The notes beneath the pieces are model-generated. The model saw only the letters and a program-made list of their open reading frames with translations. It searched no databases and was not told where the DNA came from. DNA of 64,000 nt from the human T2T-CHM13v2.0 reference genome, Homo sapiens. This document shows positions 1 through 14,189 of the stretch, piece by piece. Position numbers and translations under genes: made by a program. Where the stretch lies: the NCBI RefSeq assembly GCF_009914755.1, contig NC_060928.1; one strand, given 5' to 3'. How positions within the stretch are numbered: the stretch's first letter is position 1; every line of letters starts with the position of its first letter.

Positions 1-555
1 AAAGGACTATAAATCATGCTGCTATAAAGACACATGTACACGTATGTTTATTGTGGCACTATTCACCATAGCAAAGACTTGGAACCAACCCAAATGTCCA
101 ACAATGATAGACTGGATTAAGAAAATGTGGCACATATACACCGTGGAATACTATGCAGTCATAAAAGATGATGAGTTCATGTCCTTTGTAGGGACATGGA
201 TGAAGCTGGAAACCATCATTCTCAGCAAACTATCGCAACGACAAAAAACCAAACACCACACGTTCTCACTCATAGGTGGGAATTGAACAATGAGAACACA
301 TGGACACAGGAAGGGGAACATCACACACCGGGGCCTGTTGTGTGGCTTGGGGAGTGGGGAGGGATAGCATTAGGAGATACACCTAATGTTAAATGACGAG
401 TTAATGACTGCAGCACACCAACATGGCACATGTATACATATGTAACTAACCAGCACGTTGTGCACATGTACCCTAAAACTTAACGTATAAAAAAGAAAAA
501 AAAATCAAGTTGCCATTTAAGTATTAGCTGAATGTAAAAAATAAAAAAAATAAAA
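1..555 (+). mobile_element. L1PA 3' end (ORF2 C-terminus, 3' UTR, A tail), antisense to PAPSS1
   Basis: ORF 44..286 is the L1 ORF2 C-terminus (WNQPKCP, WIKKMWHIYT); G-rich 3' UTR and A-rich tail. Confidence 0.93.
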
Positions 556-689
556 AAGAGATGGAATTAATATCTATGTCTAGAACTAGAATTTTATGCA
601 AATTTCTAAGAAAACGATACACAACAGCAACAGAGTAAAAGTGAAGAGAAAGGGTAGACAATGCATTGAAAACAAAACACAGAGATTCC

Positions 690-2800
690 AAAAGAGAGCA
701 TCACCTAACAAGTGAAAAGGCCAGCCAATCTACAATCATAAACTTTCTTGAGCCCATTGCAGAGCTGAGGTGAAAAAAAGCAGTGAGATGAACTGCTTCC
801 GAAGAGTGACAAGTCCCACCAAGAAAAGACCAGGCACATGAACTGCTTACCTTTAGCAGAACATGGGAGGAAGAGGTAGTTGCAATAAAGGCAGGTAAGA
901 GGAAAACAGCTAAAATGTCTTTAAAACTTTTAAAGGCTGAGTGTAGACTAGTGTGACAGGCTTAGTACAATGGGGGACCGGGGGGTACCAGACACAAGGG
1001 GTCCTGCACTCACTCACAAGCATGCCTATGGCAGGTGCTCAAAACATAAATCAGGAGCAGGTCTAGAGACTAAAAAAAGTCTTCCTCAGTGGGGCACAGG
1101 CAAAAAAACTATGCTCACTCACCAGACCCTTCTTTCATATCCACAAAAGCCTTAAGCTAATGAAAAAGGAAAGGAAACCCTCAAACCTTCCCAGGGTCCT
1201 CTGTTTCTGGGTGAGGGGTGGAAGCAAATATGGTCTGCCACAAAGGAGGAGATGAAGGAAACCCTTTTGGGCCCAAGATCCTGCATTCATACAAACCAGG
1301 TAGCCAGTACAAAACAGATATAAAACATGCTAATGCATGTGAGGAAAAGAAAACTCCCCTCCAAGCCTCCCAGGGTGAAAGCAGAGATTAGCTGTTATGC
1401 AGGGAGGGGAAGGAGCACTGAGAAAAACCCACCTCAAGACTCAGGAGCACAGGTCACGCCTAAGACTGAAGGTGGGCCAGGAAACTGAGAATCATCACCA
1501 CTTCGCAGTCATGAGCCTAGCACCAAGTGATAAGCCACAGCAGTATGCTGCTGAGAGACAAGCAGGAGGAAGACTCCTTCTGTGGTACAGGCATACAGGG
1601 AACACTGAGGATGAAGCAGGAACACTAAGAAAAACCCATGAGCAGGCCAGGCCCCACACTAAGTACAAGGTAAAAGAGCCCACCACTACAGAAATTTGAA
1701 GCCTCTGGTGCATTAAGAATAACTTCATAAGGAATAAGGACAGCCAAATCCAGCTGAGGGCTAAATCAACCTACTACAGTAACAGTATGACAGAAAATGA
1801 AACATGCCCATGACATAAACACTACCTCAATCTCTACTGTACATCTAGACACAGTGTCCAGCATTCACAAAAAATTACAAGATACACCAAGAAAGCAAGA
1901 AAAACTACCCACTGTCAAGAGATATGACAAAGAAATCTCAACAAAATGAGATTCAGAAATAACACACATGTTCAAACCATGAGGCAGGACTTTTTTTTTT
2001 TTTTTGAGACAGAATCTCGCTCTGTCACCCAGGCTGGAGAGCAGTGGCGCAATCTCGGCTCACTGCAACTTCCACCCCCCCAGATTCAAGCACTCCTCAA
2101 GATAGGACTTTTTAACTGGGATTAAGTTAAAGGATCTAATGAAAAAGTGGACAGCATGCATGGAGAGATGGAGAATTTCAACAGAAAAATGAATACTATC
2201 AAAAAAAAGTCAAATAATGACAGAATTGTTTTTTAATGATTATCAGAGTTTAAAAATTCTTTCTATGAGCCTATCAATATATTGGATACAGCTAAGGAAT
2301 CAGCAAACATAAAAATCAGAAATTATCAAAGCTAAAATGTTAACAGAAAAGGGATGAAAGAAACAGAGCATCTAAAAACTGTGGGACAATATATTATTCA
2401 ACATATGTGTAACTAGAGTCCCAGAAGAAGAGTGAAAAAGGCAAAAGAAATATTTCACATGATAATGGCCAAGAATTTTCAAAAACTAATGAAAAAAATA
2501 TATATCTACCCAAGCAGGTTGGGGAATTCTAAACAGTAAGAAAAAAGACCTAAATCTACTACAAGACCTAGACACATGATATTAAACCCACTAAAATCCA
2601 AGGAGTACCACAAAATCTTAAATTCAGACATGAAAAAAAAATCACATAGAGGAACAAAGAAAAGAATTACATTAGACTTCTCATCAGAAATGAAGCAAGT
2701 TAAAAAAAAATGGAACATCTTTAAAGCACTAAAAGAAAAAACAATCTGTCATGCAGAATTCTATGCCCAGTAAAAGTATTTTCTAAAAATGAACAAACAG
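690..2800 (+). mobile_element. Old L1M 5' UTR/ORF1 fragment
   Basis: A-rich strand; ORF1-like remnant ITLDFSSE..WNIFKALKEK (2576..2773); boundaries approximate. Confidence 0.65.
1991..2098 (-). mobile_element. Short Alu right-arm fragment
   Basis: Poly-T then gagacagaatctcgctctgtcacccaggctggag. Confidence 0.85.
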
Positions 2801-3409
2801 ATGAGAAAGCCCCTGTGCCTCCCAGTATGCCACAGACATAACTGAAATCATGATTTCTAACACACTTCCTAGGAGTTAAACACTCTTATGTCTGTTTCTA
2901 TCACTTATAATGTAAATCCCTCAAGGATGGAGGCACAGCTGATAAATCTTTGCATTACTAGAGCCTAGGACTATAACTACAGTGGTGGGCTTTTAATCAA
3001 TGTGTGGTTGATGATGGAAGATGAAAGAATGGATGCTGGGACAGCTTTGGAGAGATAAGGAGGAAGCTACAAGTAGAACAATAGGATTAGAATAAGAGTG
3101 CAGAAGTCAGTTAAAAAGAAACCTAGAAGGCAGAGATGATGAAGCATAAAACCTCCTGGGATGTCTCAGTGGCCTGCAAATAATGATATCTGATCAGTAA
3201 ATACAAAGAAAAACATCAGAGCAGTATCGATTTACATTATTTCTATATATTCAGCTACAATGTTTGGATAAAATAAATAAATTAGGAAGGAAAGTCCCAA
3301 GTTACCTACCTGGTAGATATTTTATAATGTGGAAAAACTCAAAGGCTAAACATTTATAATATATTCAGACAAAGAAATTTTTTTAAAGTTGTATGTCTAA
3401 TATATCCAG

Positions 3410-3463
3410 TAAGATACACTAGATGAAAGAGGTTTATAAGATACACTAGATGAAAGAGGTTTA
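3410..3463. repeat. Perfect 27-bp tandem duplication
   Basis: taagatacactagatgaaagaggttta x2. Confidence 0.95.
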
Positions 3464-4323
3464 TTACAGGATTTTGCAGATTAAGAGGGGGTTCAAACTC
3501 CAAAACCCACAGTTAGGACAGAATGAGGAAAGATGATGTCTTTTTCTGTGTACCCCTAGGTCAGGACTGAATAGCAAAGGGGGGAATGCATGACAAGGTG
3601 ACAGGGTAATCACTGACCCAAGACCTCCACCCACATAGAGGCCAGATCCTCTTCAACTACAGTGAACTATGTGACCCTCCAATGAAATGGGGAAAGGGGA
3701 TTGAGGGTAGTATGGACAAAACACAAGGGAAAGAAAACTTCTAAAAACCCAGACTAAAGTCTGAAGGAACCGTGCACTTGTTAGTGGGCCTGAGTACCCT
3801 GGAGAACCCCAAGCCTCTTCATGCCTCCATATGCCCAGGCACCCAAAGGTCCTTATGTCCTAGAAACTTACATCCTCCACAGGTCCCTCTCTAGAATCCA
3901 CCCATAAGGAGATCATCATGTTATCACAAGGAAAATGTGGGCACTCTAAATATCTAAGAAAAGTTAACTACTTTGTATACCTCAAATGGAAAAATATAAT
4001 ACTATCAAGTTACAGGACTGAACAATCATGGCTGGATTTTCTGTTAGGTATTTTTCTGTGGCAAAATTACTGGTAAAGTACAAGACTGACTCCTAAGCCT
4101 CCTGAGGTTTATACTGACGGGGATATTTCACATACTGTACATTCACGGTGCTCCCCACAACACCTCACACACTGACATACAGACACAGAACACTGTTGGC
4201 ATTTCGAAGCATTTAAAATACAAATGTTACTCAATATTAACACCACCATTTTTTTTTGGAGGGGAAAGATTATGAGAGAGATATAATTTTTCTCTGATGA
4301 TTCCTTCTTTCATCCTCTCTTAC

Positions 4324-4442
4324 CCGTTCCTGTAGAAGTTCCACAACTTGCTGGACACAGTCATTTACATCACAGGAGTCTGTTTTCAGCACCAACTCAG
4401 GGGCCTCTGGCTTTTCATATTCAGAATCGATCCCAGTGAAAC
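4324..4442 (-). CDS. PAPSS1: PAPSS1 exon 5 ([39 protein letters not shown]); gene continues beyond window start
   Basis: Acceptor ttttgcag|GTTTC, donor CGG|gtaaga, 119 nt, phase 1 to 0; exons 1-5 sum to 669 nt = 223 codons. Confidence 0.97.
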
Positions 4443-4619
4443 CTGCAAAAGGTAACAGATAATAGAGTAGGGTGGAAAATAAAATTAAAATAGTTTATTT
4501 TTTCAGTGCAGATCTCTGCTACATTGAAGTTAGTATCTGCGCTGTCCCCCAAGCCACAGGGCTATAGTAATGAAGCATCTTTCTTGGGAGATTTCTAATT
4601 AAACTTTTTTTTTTCCTGC

Positions 4620-4905
4620 ACTGGGGGCCATTTTAAACTGTAAAACTACCTAAAATACCACAAAAATGTAAAAAATGTGACACCAAATAGGCTGCAAAAA
4701 GAATAATTGTTTATGGTTTGAGAACTAAAACCAGAAGGCAAAGTGCTGCCTTGTTTATTTTCGCTGGGAACTGTGTCAGGTGTGTCGGACGTGTTGCACT
4801 GACCATGAAAGTGCCAGGAGTACTGATGTGGAGATTACAAATAAATTTTGTCAAGTAGGCAAATTCATAAATATCAAATCCACAAATAGTAAGAATCAAT
4901 TCTAC
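4620..4905 (-). mobile_element. TcMar-Tigger MITE fragment (MER82-like)
   Basis: Terminal sequence gtaggcaaattcataaatatcaaatccacaaatagtaagaatcaatt resembles recalled MER82 end. Confidence 0.6.
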
Positions 4906-5715
4906 TACTTTTGTCACCTTTTTTCTTTCTTTTTTGTCTTAAGAAAATGCCCAAGCTGCCTGTGAAGATATATGGAATTAATACCAGGTGATCCAAGGCA
5001 TCTCAATTCTCTACAGGACATGGACATAAAACCAAACCTGACAAGATTATTTTTTTCTCAATGCAAAAACTAACACTAAGTCAATCTGTCCAGTACATTC
5101 ACAAGAATTATCTGTGGCCAAATTGAAGCTCTGCAGGCTTCTTCTGCCATCAGATAACAAGTTTTAAGACAAATGAACTACTATTTGCTTAAACTAAACA
5201 TAAATAAGGATAGTAAATAGATCACAAAATAAATTACACAATCACATATAATTTTAGTATTAACCACTATTTAGATTTTTCCTATGGTATATGTGTTACC
5301 ATATAACTGCTAAGAAAAGAGCAAATAGACGACAATTTCCCAGAGAGGGTTATCTGAGTTAAAGATACGCTATTCCTATCTTATACCCCTGACCTTACCC
5401 CACACGTAAGTCATTCAAGGCTTGTCTATCTCGGAAAGCTTAGGTCATTCTTAGGTTAGAATGGTATGCATGAATTTAAAATCATTACCATTAATATTAA
5501 AAAATACAGCTAGCAAAAGAGTTCAAAAATATATACTACAAACCTACAGCCCATTTATTTCATTTTTTTTCTATTTCCTATTTCTAAGCATCCCCTGCAG
5601 CCCTGAACTCAAGAAAAAATTTCTGCGTTACCGGTATTCCCATTTAGCAGTGGGTCACAAGAAAATGGCTGGGAAAAAAAAAATAATTCTGATTAAGAAC
5701 ACTAACTGTTAAGCT

Positions 5716-5862
5716 CTGATTCTCAAATGCGGTGATATACTGGAATCACCAGGTCCCACCCCATGAGATTGATTTCACTAGTCTGGGGTACAGCCTTGGC
5801 ACTGGATTTTTTAAAGTTCCCAAGGAAATGCTTACATGCAGCAAAGCTTGACAAGCACTGGG
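5716..5862. mobile_element. hAT-Charlie MER5-type MITE
   Basis: ttctcaaa...gaatcacc...gtctggggt...tttaaagttccc...gcttgacaagcactgg pattern. Confidence 0.6.
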
Positions 5863-6324
5863 TTAGAAGAGGTGGCTTAACATTTTAGAAGCCCTGGAGT
5901 TCTCCTACTAGATAATTTATCCATAAGTGATTACAATAATAAATGTAAATTGTGAGAAAAAACATATTTAAGCAGGTAATAAAAACTATCTTAAGCAGTC
6001 ATCATGAAAATAATTGAGATTATCAGAATGGTTAATACAAGGATATACTGACTGTCCGATAAATGTCATGTAAAGGTCTATAAAAGCCTGAGGCCCCCTG
6101 AATATACACAATCTTGTCTGTGCTGGAATATATACCATTACAGCTTTGAAATAGAGTTGATAGGGAACTTGCTAAGCATCATTTACAAGTAAAAGCTTTT
6201 TAAAAAAATAAGCAACTCTATAATCAGGAACTCCAGCACCATGGCAAACCTAAGTATCAGTGTATGCATACAGACACACACACACACACACATTAACCTA
6301 AGGAACATTTTATCAACCTCTACT

Positions 6325-6363
6325 CAGGGGAATGTAGTCAACAACAGGGGAATGTAGTCAACA
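6325..6363. repeat. 20-bp tandem duplication, near a (CA)n tract at about 6275-6292
   Basis: caggggaatgtagtcaacaa caggggaatgtagtcaaca. Confidence 0.9.
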
Positions 6364-6510
6364 GTTGAGAAAGTAAACAAGAAACTGGACTAATACAAAC
6401 ACACTCCCAGTTATAGAGTACAAACTGTAAGAGACCCAAGAGCATTGTGGACAAGGTCTTATTCATCTTTGAATACTTGGCACCAAATACATACCTTGCA
6501 AATAGAAAGC

Positions 6511-7479
6511 TGAGGACTAAACTCTGATTTTTTATCTTGCCCAAATTCCTATCTAAGGGGCCTGGGGAGTCATGCCCTACAAACCACAAATTTTCATCAG
6601 ATAGGTTTTATTTAACCCTATATATCATGACTTCTTTTCCAACCTGACTCTGGCATAACATTGCAAGACAAGAAGAAAATCAAAATATTTTCATCAAAAC
6701 ATGTTTCTTTGCCATATTTTGAAATGGCCCTGCAAAGCTGTTCTTTGTGGGGGAAAATTTGCACCTTTAAAGAATCTTTATTAACAAAACTATATTTTTT
6801 TCTTCCAGACCCTCCCAATCCTAAAGAGATTAAGATCTGAATGGGGACATTTGTCATCTATTGTCTCTAAGGGTAGCCACTGTAAGACCTCAAAAGAACT
6901 TTGGTCTCCACAATCTTTATCTTAACCTGAACAATTCCCTTTCTATCAATCCCAGTTCTTTAGACAAACTCAACCAATTGTCAACCAGAAAACATTTAAA
7001 CTCACCTATAGCCTAGAAGCTCCCCGCACCACCTGGCTTTGAGTTGTCCCACCTTTCTGGACCAAACCAATGTATTTGATTGATGTCTCATGCCTCTCTA
7101 AAATGTATAAAACCAAGCTGTGCCTCAACGACCTTGGGCACATGTTCTCAGGACCTCCTGAGGGCTGTGTCACGGGCCATGGTCAATCGTATTTGGTTCA
7201 GAGTAAATCTCTTCAAAAATTTTTTTTTTTTTAGATGGAGTCTCGCTCTGTCGCCCAGGCTAGAGTGCAGTGGCACAATTTCGGCTCACTGCAAGCTCTG
7301 CCTCCTGTGTTCACGCCATTCTCCTGCCTCAGCCTCCTGAGTAGCTGGGACTACAGGCGCCCGCCACCATGCTGACTAATTTTTTGTATTTTTAGTAGAG
7401 ACGGGGTTTCACCGTGTTAGCGAGGATGGTCTGGAATCTCTTCAAATATTTTACAAGAGTTCAACTCTTTTTGTCGCCA
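6511..7479 (+). mobile_element. MER4-group ERV1 solo LTR (MER4D-like)
   Basis: TG...CA termini, 4-bp TSD aagc (6507-6510, 7480-7483), TATA-like tataaaa, similarity to recalled MER4 consensus. Confidence 0.8.
7219..7434 (-). mobile_element. 5'-truncated AluY inserted into the MER4 LTR
   Basis: AluY diagnostics (gcaagctc, ttcacgccattc, accgtgttagc); TSD aatctcttcaaa at 7206-7217 and 7435-7446. Confidence 0.9.
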
Positions 7480-8516
7480 AAGCATTGGCAAATGTGTGTT
7501 CAACATTCCACTCCCACTCCACCTTCTCATCCATCCAACAAGCATTAACTATGTGTGTGACAGGTGTATGCTTTGGGCAATGTACTGTGCTAAATTCTAA
7601 ACACACACAAGTGTTCACTATGATCTCCCTGCTCACAAGTAGCCTACTCCAGCCAGGATGACAAACCTTCCTCCCTCACCAATCCATTCTTTCAAAAACA
7701 ACAAAATCAACTAAAATTAAAGTAAGTAAAAGGTTTAGACTTTATTTAGGATCCTGGACACACCATTTTGCTTTTCTGTGCCAAATTTCTACACAAAGAC
7801 TGAAGTGAAAACTGGCCATTGAGAGAGTAATATGGGAGCTGAAGGGCTAAACAGGTTTTCCTCCAATTGTCATAATTATTCTGGTTAAGCAGCCTGATCT
7901 TTCTGAGTCAAGAAAGTAACAGCTTAATGAGGTAGAGGGTTGACAGGCAGCAGTCCCCATCAAGGAGCTGATTCTCCATAGTGGCATTACCGGAGGTCAG
8001 CCTTGCCCATGGAACTAATGCTACTACAGCAGATGGAACCTGACCTAATTGCCAAAGCATTCCCAGGTTCAAATACAGAAGAACCCAGAATAACTACCAT
8101 TTTCCTTCCCACTGTATCTTTTTGTTTTCAGGGCCAGAAACTGAATGCCAAAATCTATCTCTGAGAGAGCTCCTGGGAGTTTCTGTGACAGTCTCAGGTT
8201 ATCACATTCCCTGCTGGGAAGGCAAACTTAAAAGTTACCTGCATGACTCACTGATCCCTAAACAATGGTATCTTTAGTTAGTTTTTTTGTTTGTTTTGTT
8301 TCGTTTTGTTTTTGTTTTGTTTTTGCCAGCAAGTCCTTTGTTTCTGTTAACAATAATGGAACAGGACAAGTCAAGGGATGTCTACAAGATAAATAGTATG
8401 ATTAATATCAAAGGCCAGAGCAGAGTTGGGTTCTAAATTTCTCCCTCAATGTCTAAATGTCCATCACAGTTGAAACTCTGGGAAGCGGACCATAAAACCT
8501 AAAAAGCAAGGTGTAG

Positions 8517-8840
8517 AGCTGTCCCTTGGTAATCATGCGGATTTGTTCCCGGACTCCCTGTGAACACCAAAATGTGAGGATGTGCAAGTCCCTTACATAA
8601 AATGGTGTACTATTTGCATATAACCTATGTTCATTCTTTTATATACTTTAAATCATCTCTAGATTACCTATAATACCTAGTACAATGTAAATGTTATATA
8701 AATAGATGTTATACTATATTTGTTATTTATACTATTTTTAAATTGCTGTATTATTTTATATTGTTTCTTCTGGAATATATGCAATTCACGGTTGGTTGAA
8801 ACCACACATGTGGAATGCACAGATGTGGAGGGTCAGCTGT
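8517..8840 (+). mobile_element. MER2 (Tigger MITE)
   Basis: caagtcccttacataaaatggtgtactatttgcatataaccta...tctagattac; imperfect TIRs with TA flanks. Confidence 0.8.
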
Positions 8841-9332
8841 ATATATTTTAACAGAATCAGTGATATGTTAATTCAATCTAATTCAACAATAGTACATGAA
8901 ATGAATAAGGGACCATTCCAAGGATCGTAATAAAGTACAAGGCATTATCCTTATCATCAAGATGCTTATAATTCAGGCATTTTTTCCAATAGCTATGGGA
9001 TTTCCTCCATTTTCCCTGGAACAAAGAAAGTAGAATTGGTGGCAGCAGGCAACTGATGTCCAACTTAATGTTAGGCACCTAATTTTATCAAGTAGGTTTT
9101 CGCCAACTCCCGAGCCCCAACTCTGGCTAGTGAACAGGATTCCAAAAGGATCAACAAGACTCATTTAGTCCAGCACCAGGCACTGCTGCTATGCCTGAGA
9201 GATAGAACAGTGTAATAAGACTACATTCTCTCCTCAAGGAGCTCCAAGTCACTCCAATCTCTTAGAAAATATCAATCCTAGATATGGGAACATAAAATAT
9301 CTAAGCAAAGTGAAACTGGGAAGAAAATATTA

Positions 9333-9503
<171 letters not shown>

Positions 9504-10598
9504 TCACACAAATCACAAACGTACTATATTAATATTAAAGATGAGTAAAAAGTGCTTCTCATCCAATTTAGTGGGAAATAGACAAAATTTATGTTTTTAA
9601 ATATAAACTGAAAAAAAAATCCAAGAAATTATTAGGTTAATTCCTATTATTCATGACAATTTTAAAAGGCATACTGTTCTACTAACCCAGGATATTGGGG
9701 AGGTACAGAAGGAAAACAATGAATGTACCACAAACTTTTTCACTCAAATTCTACGTGGATCCTGAGCCAAAGCCCAGCCTGAATGCTGGTGTCATCAGGC
9801 TTCTCTCTAATATCACATTCAAACCCAGCCTGAGCTGGCATGAAAGCAATTTCACAAAAAAGATCCATTCAGAATCCTGAGGCTAGTTTACTTCTTTGCC
9901 AAATGCAAGCCCCCTGCAGCCACTTCTCCTCTCTAACACTCCCCAAACTTAACTTTTCTGCTCCTAACTCCCAACTCTCTAGTAACCACCCTTGCAGCTC
10001 CCTCTAAGCCCTCTCCACTCTGTCCTTTGGAACAATGTTTCCTTTGTAAATCAACCTTTTCTTCTTTCTGGTCTTCAAAACCTGATTCTCCCTTTGCTCC
10101 ACATTTATACTCCATTAATCAAAGTGCAGTTGCCAATATTTTCAAAGCTGGTCCCTGCAATTTCTACCATCCTTTTTCCACACAGCTCATTTTAGCATTT
10201 GCCATCTTCCTTATGGTCCCTCTGACAATCCTCACCTACTTCCACTCTCACCAGATTACCATACTTCATGTTTCAAAAAAAAAAAAAAAACAAATCTCCA
10301 AGAATAAGCTCTCAATCTCTTCTCTTTCAAGCAAAATCTCTTCTCTGTCATACAAATTTATCTACATACTAATGATCCTTTTCTCCCTGCCACTCCTACC
10401 TTCACATACTAGGAATTCCCTCCCCTTTCATGAACTCCTACAGGACCTGTTCAACCCATTCTCTCTACTCCACCTGAAATCTTCAGCATTCCCCCTTTGC
10501 TGGGTTCCCTGCTCCCCAGCAACAAACAAGTACAAGTCCATTTAAAACAAATGAACTGCTAAGGGAAGTTCACCCATTTAAAACAAAACAACTGCTAA

Positions 10599-10762
10599 GG
10601 GCAGTGGTGTAGCACGCTTATAGTCCCAGCTACTTGGGGAGGCTGAGGCAGGAGAATCACTTGAGCCCAGGGGTTCCAGGCTGTAACACACTACAATTGT
10701 GCCTGTGAATAGTCACTACACTCCAGGCTGAGTGACAGAGTGAGATCTTGTCTCTAAAAAAA
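10599..10762 (+). mobile_element. FAM fossil Alu monomer
   Basis: Monomeric Alu with FAM-type cctgtgaatagtcactacactcca segment and short A tail. Confidence 0.75.
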
Positions 10763-10849
10763 TTTTCAGCATAATGAACTAACAAATCATATAAAAACTT
10801 TCCCTTAACCATAGGTCCTTTTCAGTATTTAAAATACCAGGCCTCTTTG

Positions 10850-12950
10850 CTGCTTTCCCACTGCTATGCCTATGGATGCCTATAATGTTATTCCCTGATC
10901 TTTCCTAGGCAGACTCCTCCTGGGCTCCTCCTATTTCACCCATCCCTTAACACTGGAGTTGCCCACACTCCCATCACAGCCCACTGCTCACCTTACACAG
11001 TTCTTAAGCGTTTCTCTCAAGTGCCTTCACAGTATAAACTACAACACATACATCAACACTGAAGCTTGAACCCTGACCTCTGTCCTGAAATTAAACACAC
11101 ATGTCCAAATTCTTCCTATGTCCACCTGGATATATCACAGGTGCCAAAAACTAAGCATGTCCAAAACTAAATCCAGTCCCTTTTCTCTCAAGTTTACATT
11201 CTCTCATATGCTTCCCAAATCAAGGAAGACCTCACTACACACCCACAATCCTAAGAGTGGTTCCTTCCCTTTCCCATACATTAATTCAGTCACAAAGTCC
11301 TTCAGATGTTACTTCTAAATATTACACCAACCCAGTTTGCAATCTTTCCCTATTCCCTAGTTCAACCTCACTTCTCTTGTCTGAACGGCCTCAACATATT
11401 ACAGGTCTTCTGGCTTCTAACTCGGATCTGCTCAAAGCCATAATCTACACTGTGGCAAAGGATGCAAATCTGACCATCCTACTGAACTCTTCAGAGACTC
11501 TCTGCCACTACTGGGGTAAAATCCGAGTTTCTTAATGTGAGGCATCAGCCCTATACCTGGCCCCACCATTCTCAGTCTTGCACTTGATGCTCTATTGATA
11601 ATACCTGCCTGGTCAGGCTGTTTCTACCTTAGGCCTCCCCACGCCACAACCCAACCCCTACCAGCAACACTCAACCCCTCTCTTCTGGACAAACCAATGT
11701 GCTTCCTCACAGCACATCTCCATGGTGACCTCCTCCAGGAAGCCTTCCCTGCATGCTCAGGCTGATGAGGCCCCTTGCTTTCTCAGGGTTCTCAGAATAC
11801 TCACTACAAATGATCATAGATCTTTTTCCAGTATATTAAAATCATCTCATCAGCTTTACAAGTTTAGTGTCTGGAATAGCAATTAAGCTATGATCTTACT
11901 ATTCTAACTATCCTTTTAAAGGAAAGTGTCAATGAGTTTCTATCCCTGTCTCTCATCTTATTACTCTTCTGTATCTAATCGTCCTCATCTAGGTTTCAAC
12001 TAATAAAGTTAATGATTCCTAAATCTAGATCTCAATCCCATACAACTTTCCTAAACTCTAAAACCAATTTCCTAGATGGCCCAGTGGTAATCTCCACTTA
12101 GACTAACTCCACTAGCACTTCAAACATAACCCACCAAAAATGAAATACGCATGTCCTCCGCTCCTATCCTGTACTTCATAACTCAGTCATACCAACCTTT
12201 ATTCAGAAAGCACCATGCTTCATTCTGCTCTCCCATAAAATCAGCAATCAAGCAGGCACCAGGTCTTACTGATGCTACTCAAGCCTCAAGAGCCCTTAAA
12301 TATGCCCCCATCTTTACTAGTCCCATTGCTGCTGCTTGAGTTCACATCCTCTTCCCTGAAGGAGCTGGTGCTACGGCAAGCCTCCTGGCTAGTCTCCTAC
12401 CTCCAGACCAGTCTCAATCCAGGCTTCAAGGATGACCTCACTCAAATGCAAACCCAATGATACCAATCTCTGTTATAATCTCAAACTATTAACTCCTTTT
12501 GGGGCAAAATCCTTTCTGAGCAGTGCAGAAGTCACCACCTAGCCTCTGCAAATTGATCAGCTCCATCTCCCCTCACAATCATCCTTCATATCAGTCACAC
12601 CAACCTACCTACAGTTCCCCAAAAAAACAAACTGTCTCACATTCCATTGAGCATACTATACTGTCTCCTCTGTCTGAAACAGTTTTCTCCCTCTGGTCTA
12701 ACTAGTATACTCTGATTCATCCTTCATGACTCATTTCAAGCAGCAGCTCCTCTGTGATTCTCTCATAACACCTTTCACATATATGTACTTCATCACTTGC
12801 CTCAAGATATTGTAACTCTTCACATCTCCGCATTCCCACCAGACTACCAACTCCTTCAGAATAGGAAGTATCAGGTTAATTTTCAGAACCAATATGCTCA
12901 GTTCAGTGGTTGACATGGAAATTCCCAATAAACTTCTCTTGAATGAACAA
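10850..12950 (+). mobile_element. Degraded L2 fragments (several)
   Basis: CT-rich L2-type motifs (ccacctggatatatcacaggtgccaaaaactaagcatgtccaaaact); boundaries approximate. Confidence 0.55.
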
Positions 12951-14189
12951 ATATAATCATGACTATACAGAAAAATACACATGTCCTGTATTGCATGTTT
13001 CAATCCAAATATTTTCATGGATTTTCAGATGCCCTAAACATAGTCCAAACCTCATTATCAGTGCTTTTATAGATGAGGTCAACGAAGATTTTGCTCCACA
13101 CTATACAAACAAGGGGGCCACAAAGCAGATCAGCACACACTCTCAGATACCCAGGTGTCGGCTGATAGCTCTCCATAACAGGTATTATAGACCTCCCCCT
13201 TTTCCGAGAGCTGCAAGATTCCCACCAGAAGGTATAAGAATGCCAATATCATATTTTTATGAAAATTGTGTATATCCAAGGATTCAGGAACTCTAACTCT
13301 TATTATGCTCCTATTATTTATACACTTTAAACTGATATATTGGCAATGACCCAAGGGTTTCAAGAAATGGTTTTTACAGAATGTTTTAGGACTCCTGCCA
13401 TGGTTCAATTAAGTGAACCTGTGTAAATAATACTCAATCTAACACTTATCCATAATTCTTACAGGTCAAATCTTGTTTAAAAAAAAAAAAAGTCCAAGTA
13501 ACCATCAAAATTTATGATACAGTACTAGAATTGTGCTAATATAATTTATTCCATTTATTGAATAGTTATTACATGCCAGGCACTGTGCTGAGGCTTTAAA
13601 CACATGACTTACGTAATCTTCAGAGCAACCCTATGTTGTAGGCATTACTTGAACTGCAGGAGGTTAAGTGTGCTGGACAAGGCCACAGCAGCAATAACTG
13701 GCAGAGCTGAGATTTCAGCCCCTTTGTTTCCAACTCCAAAGACCCTGCCTCTCACCTCTATACTAACTCGCTTATTCACTGATATCAGGGCTTCCCAAGG
13801 GAGTATGCTATTGTTCAACAAACACTAATCATATAATATGGTCCAAGAGCCGGGCTTGGCATCAAGATTACAAAGGCAAATAAGACACGGTCCCAGCTGT
13901 CAAGGAGCCAGTGGGGTTTGGAGGCAGCATAGCATCTAAGCCCAGGAGACGCACTGTCTGGATGCAAACCTGTGCTCTTCTACAAGTATAGTGTGTGACC
14001 TTGGGCAATGCACACCTTTGTTTCCTTGTGTCCCCACTAGGAGACAAGAATTACTTGAGTTAATTCACATAAAAGCACTCTAGCAGTTACCAGAACACAG
14101 TTAAGTGTTCAATAAATGTTAATATTATTACCACTACAGCTACTATCAATATCAACAGTCAATGAATTGAGTTTTTAAAAATAACATAT

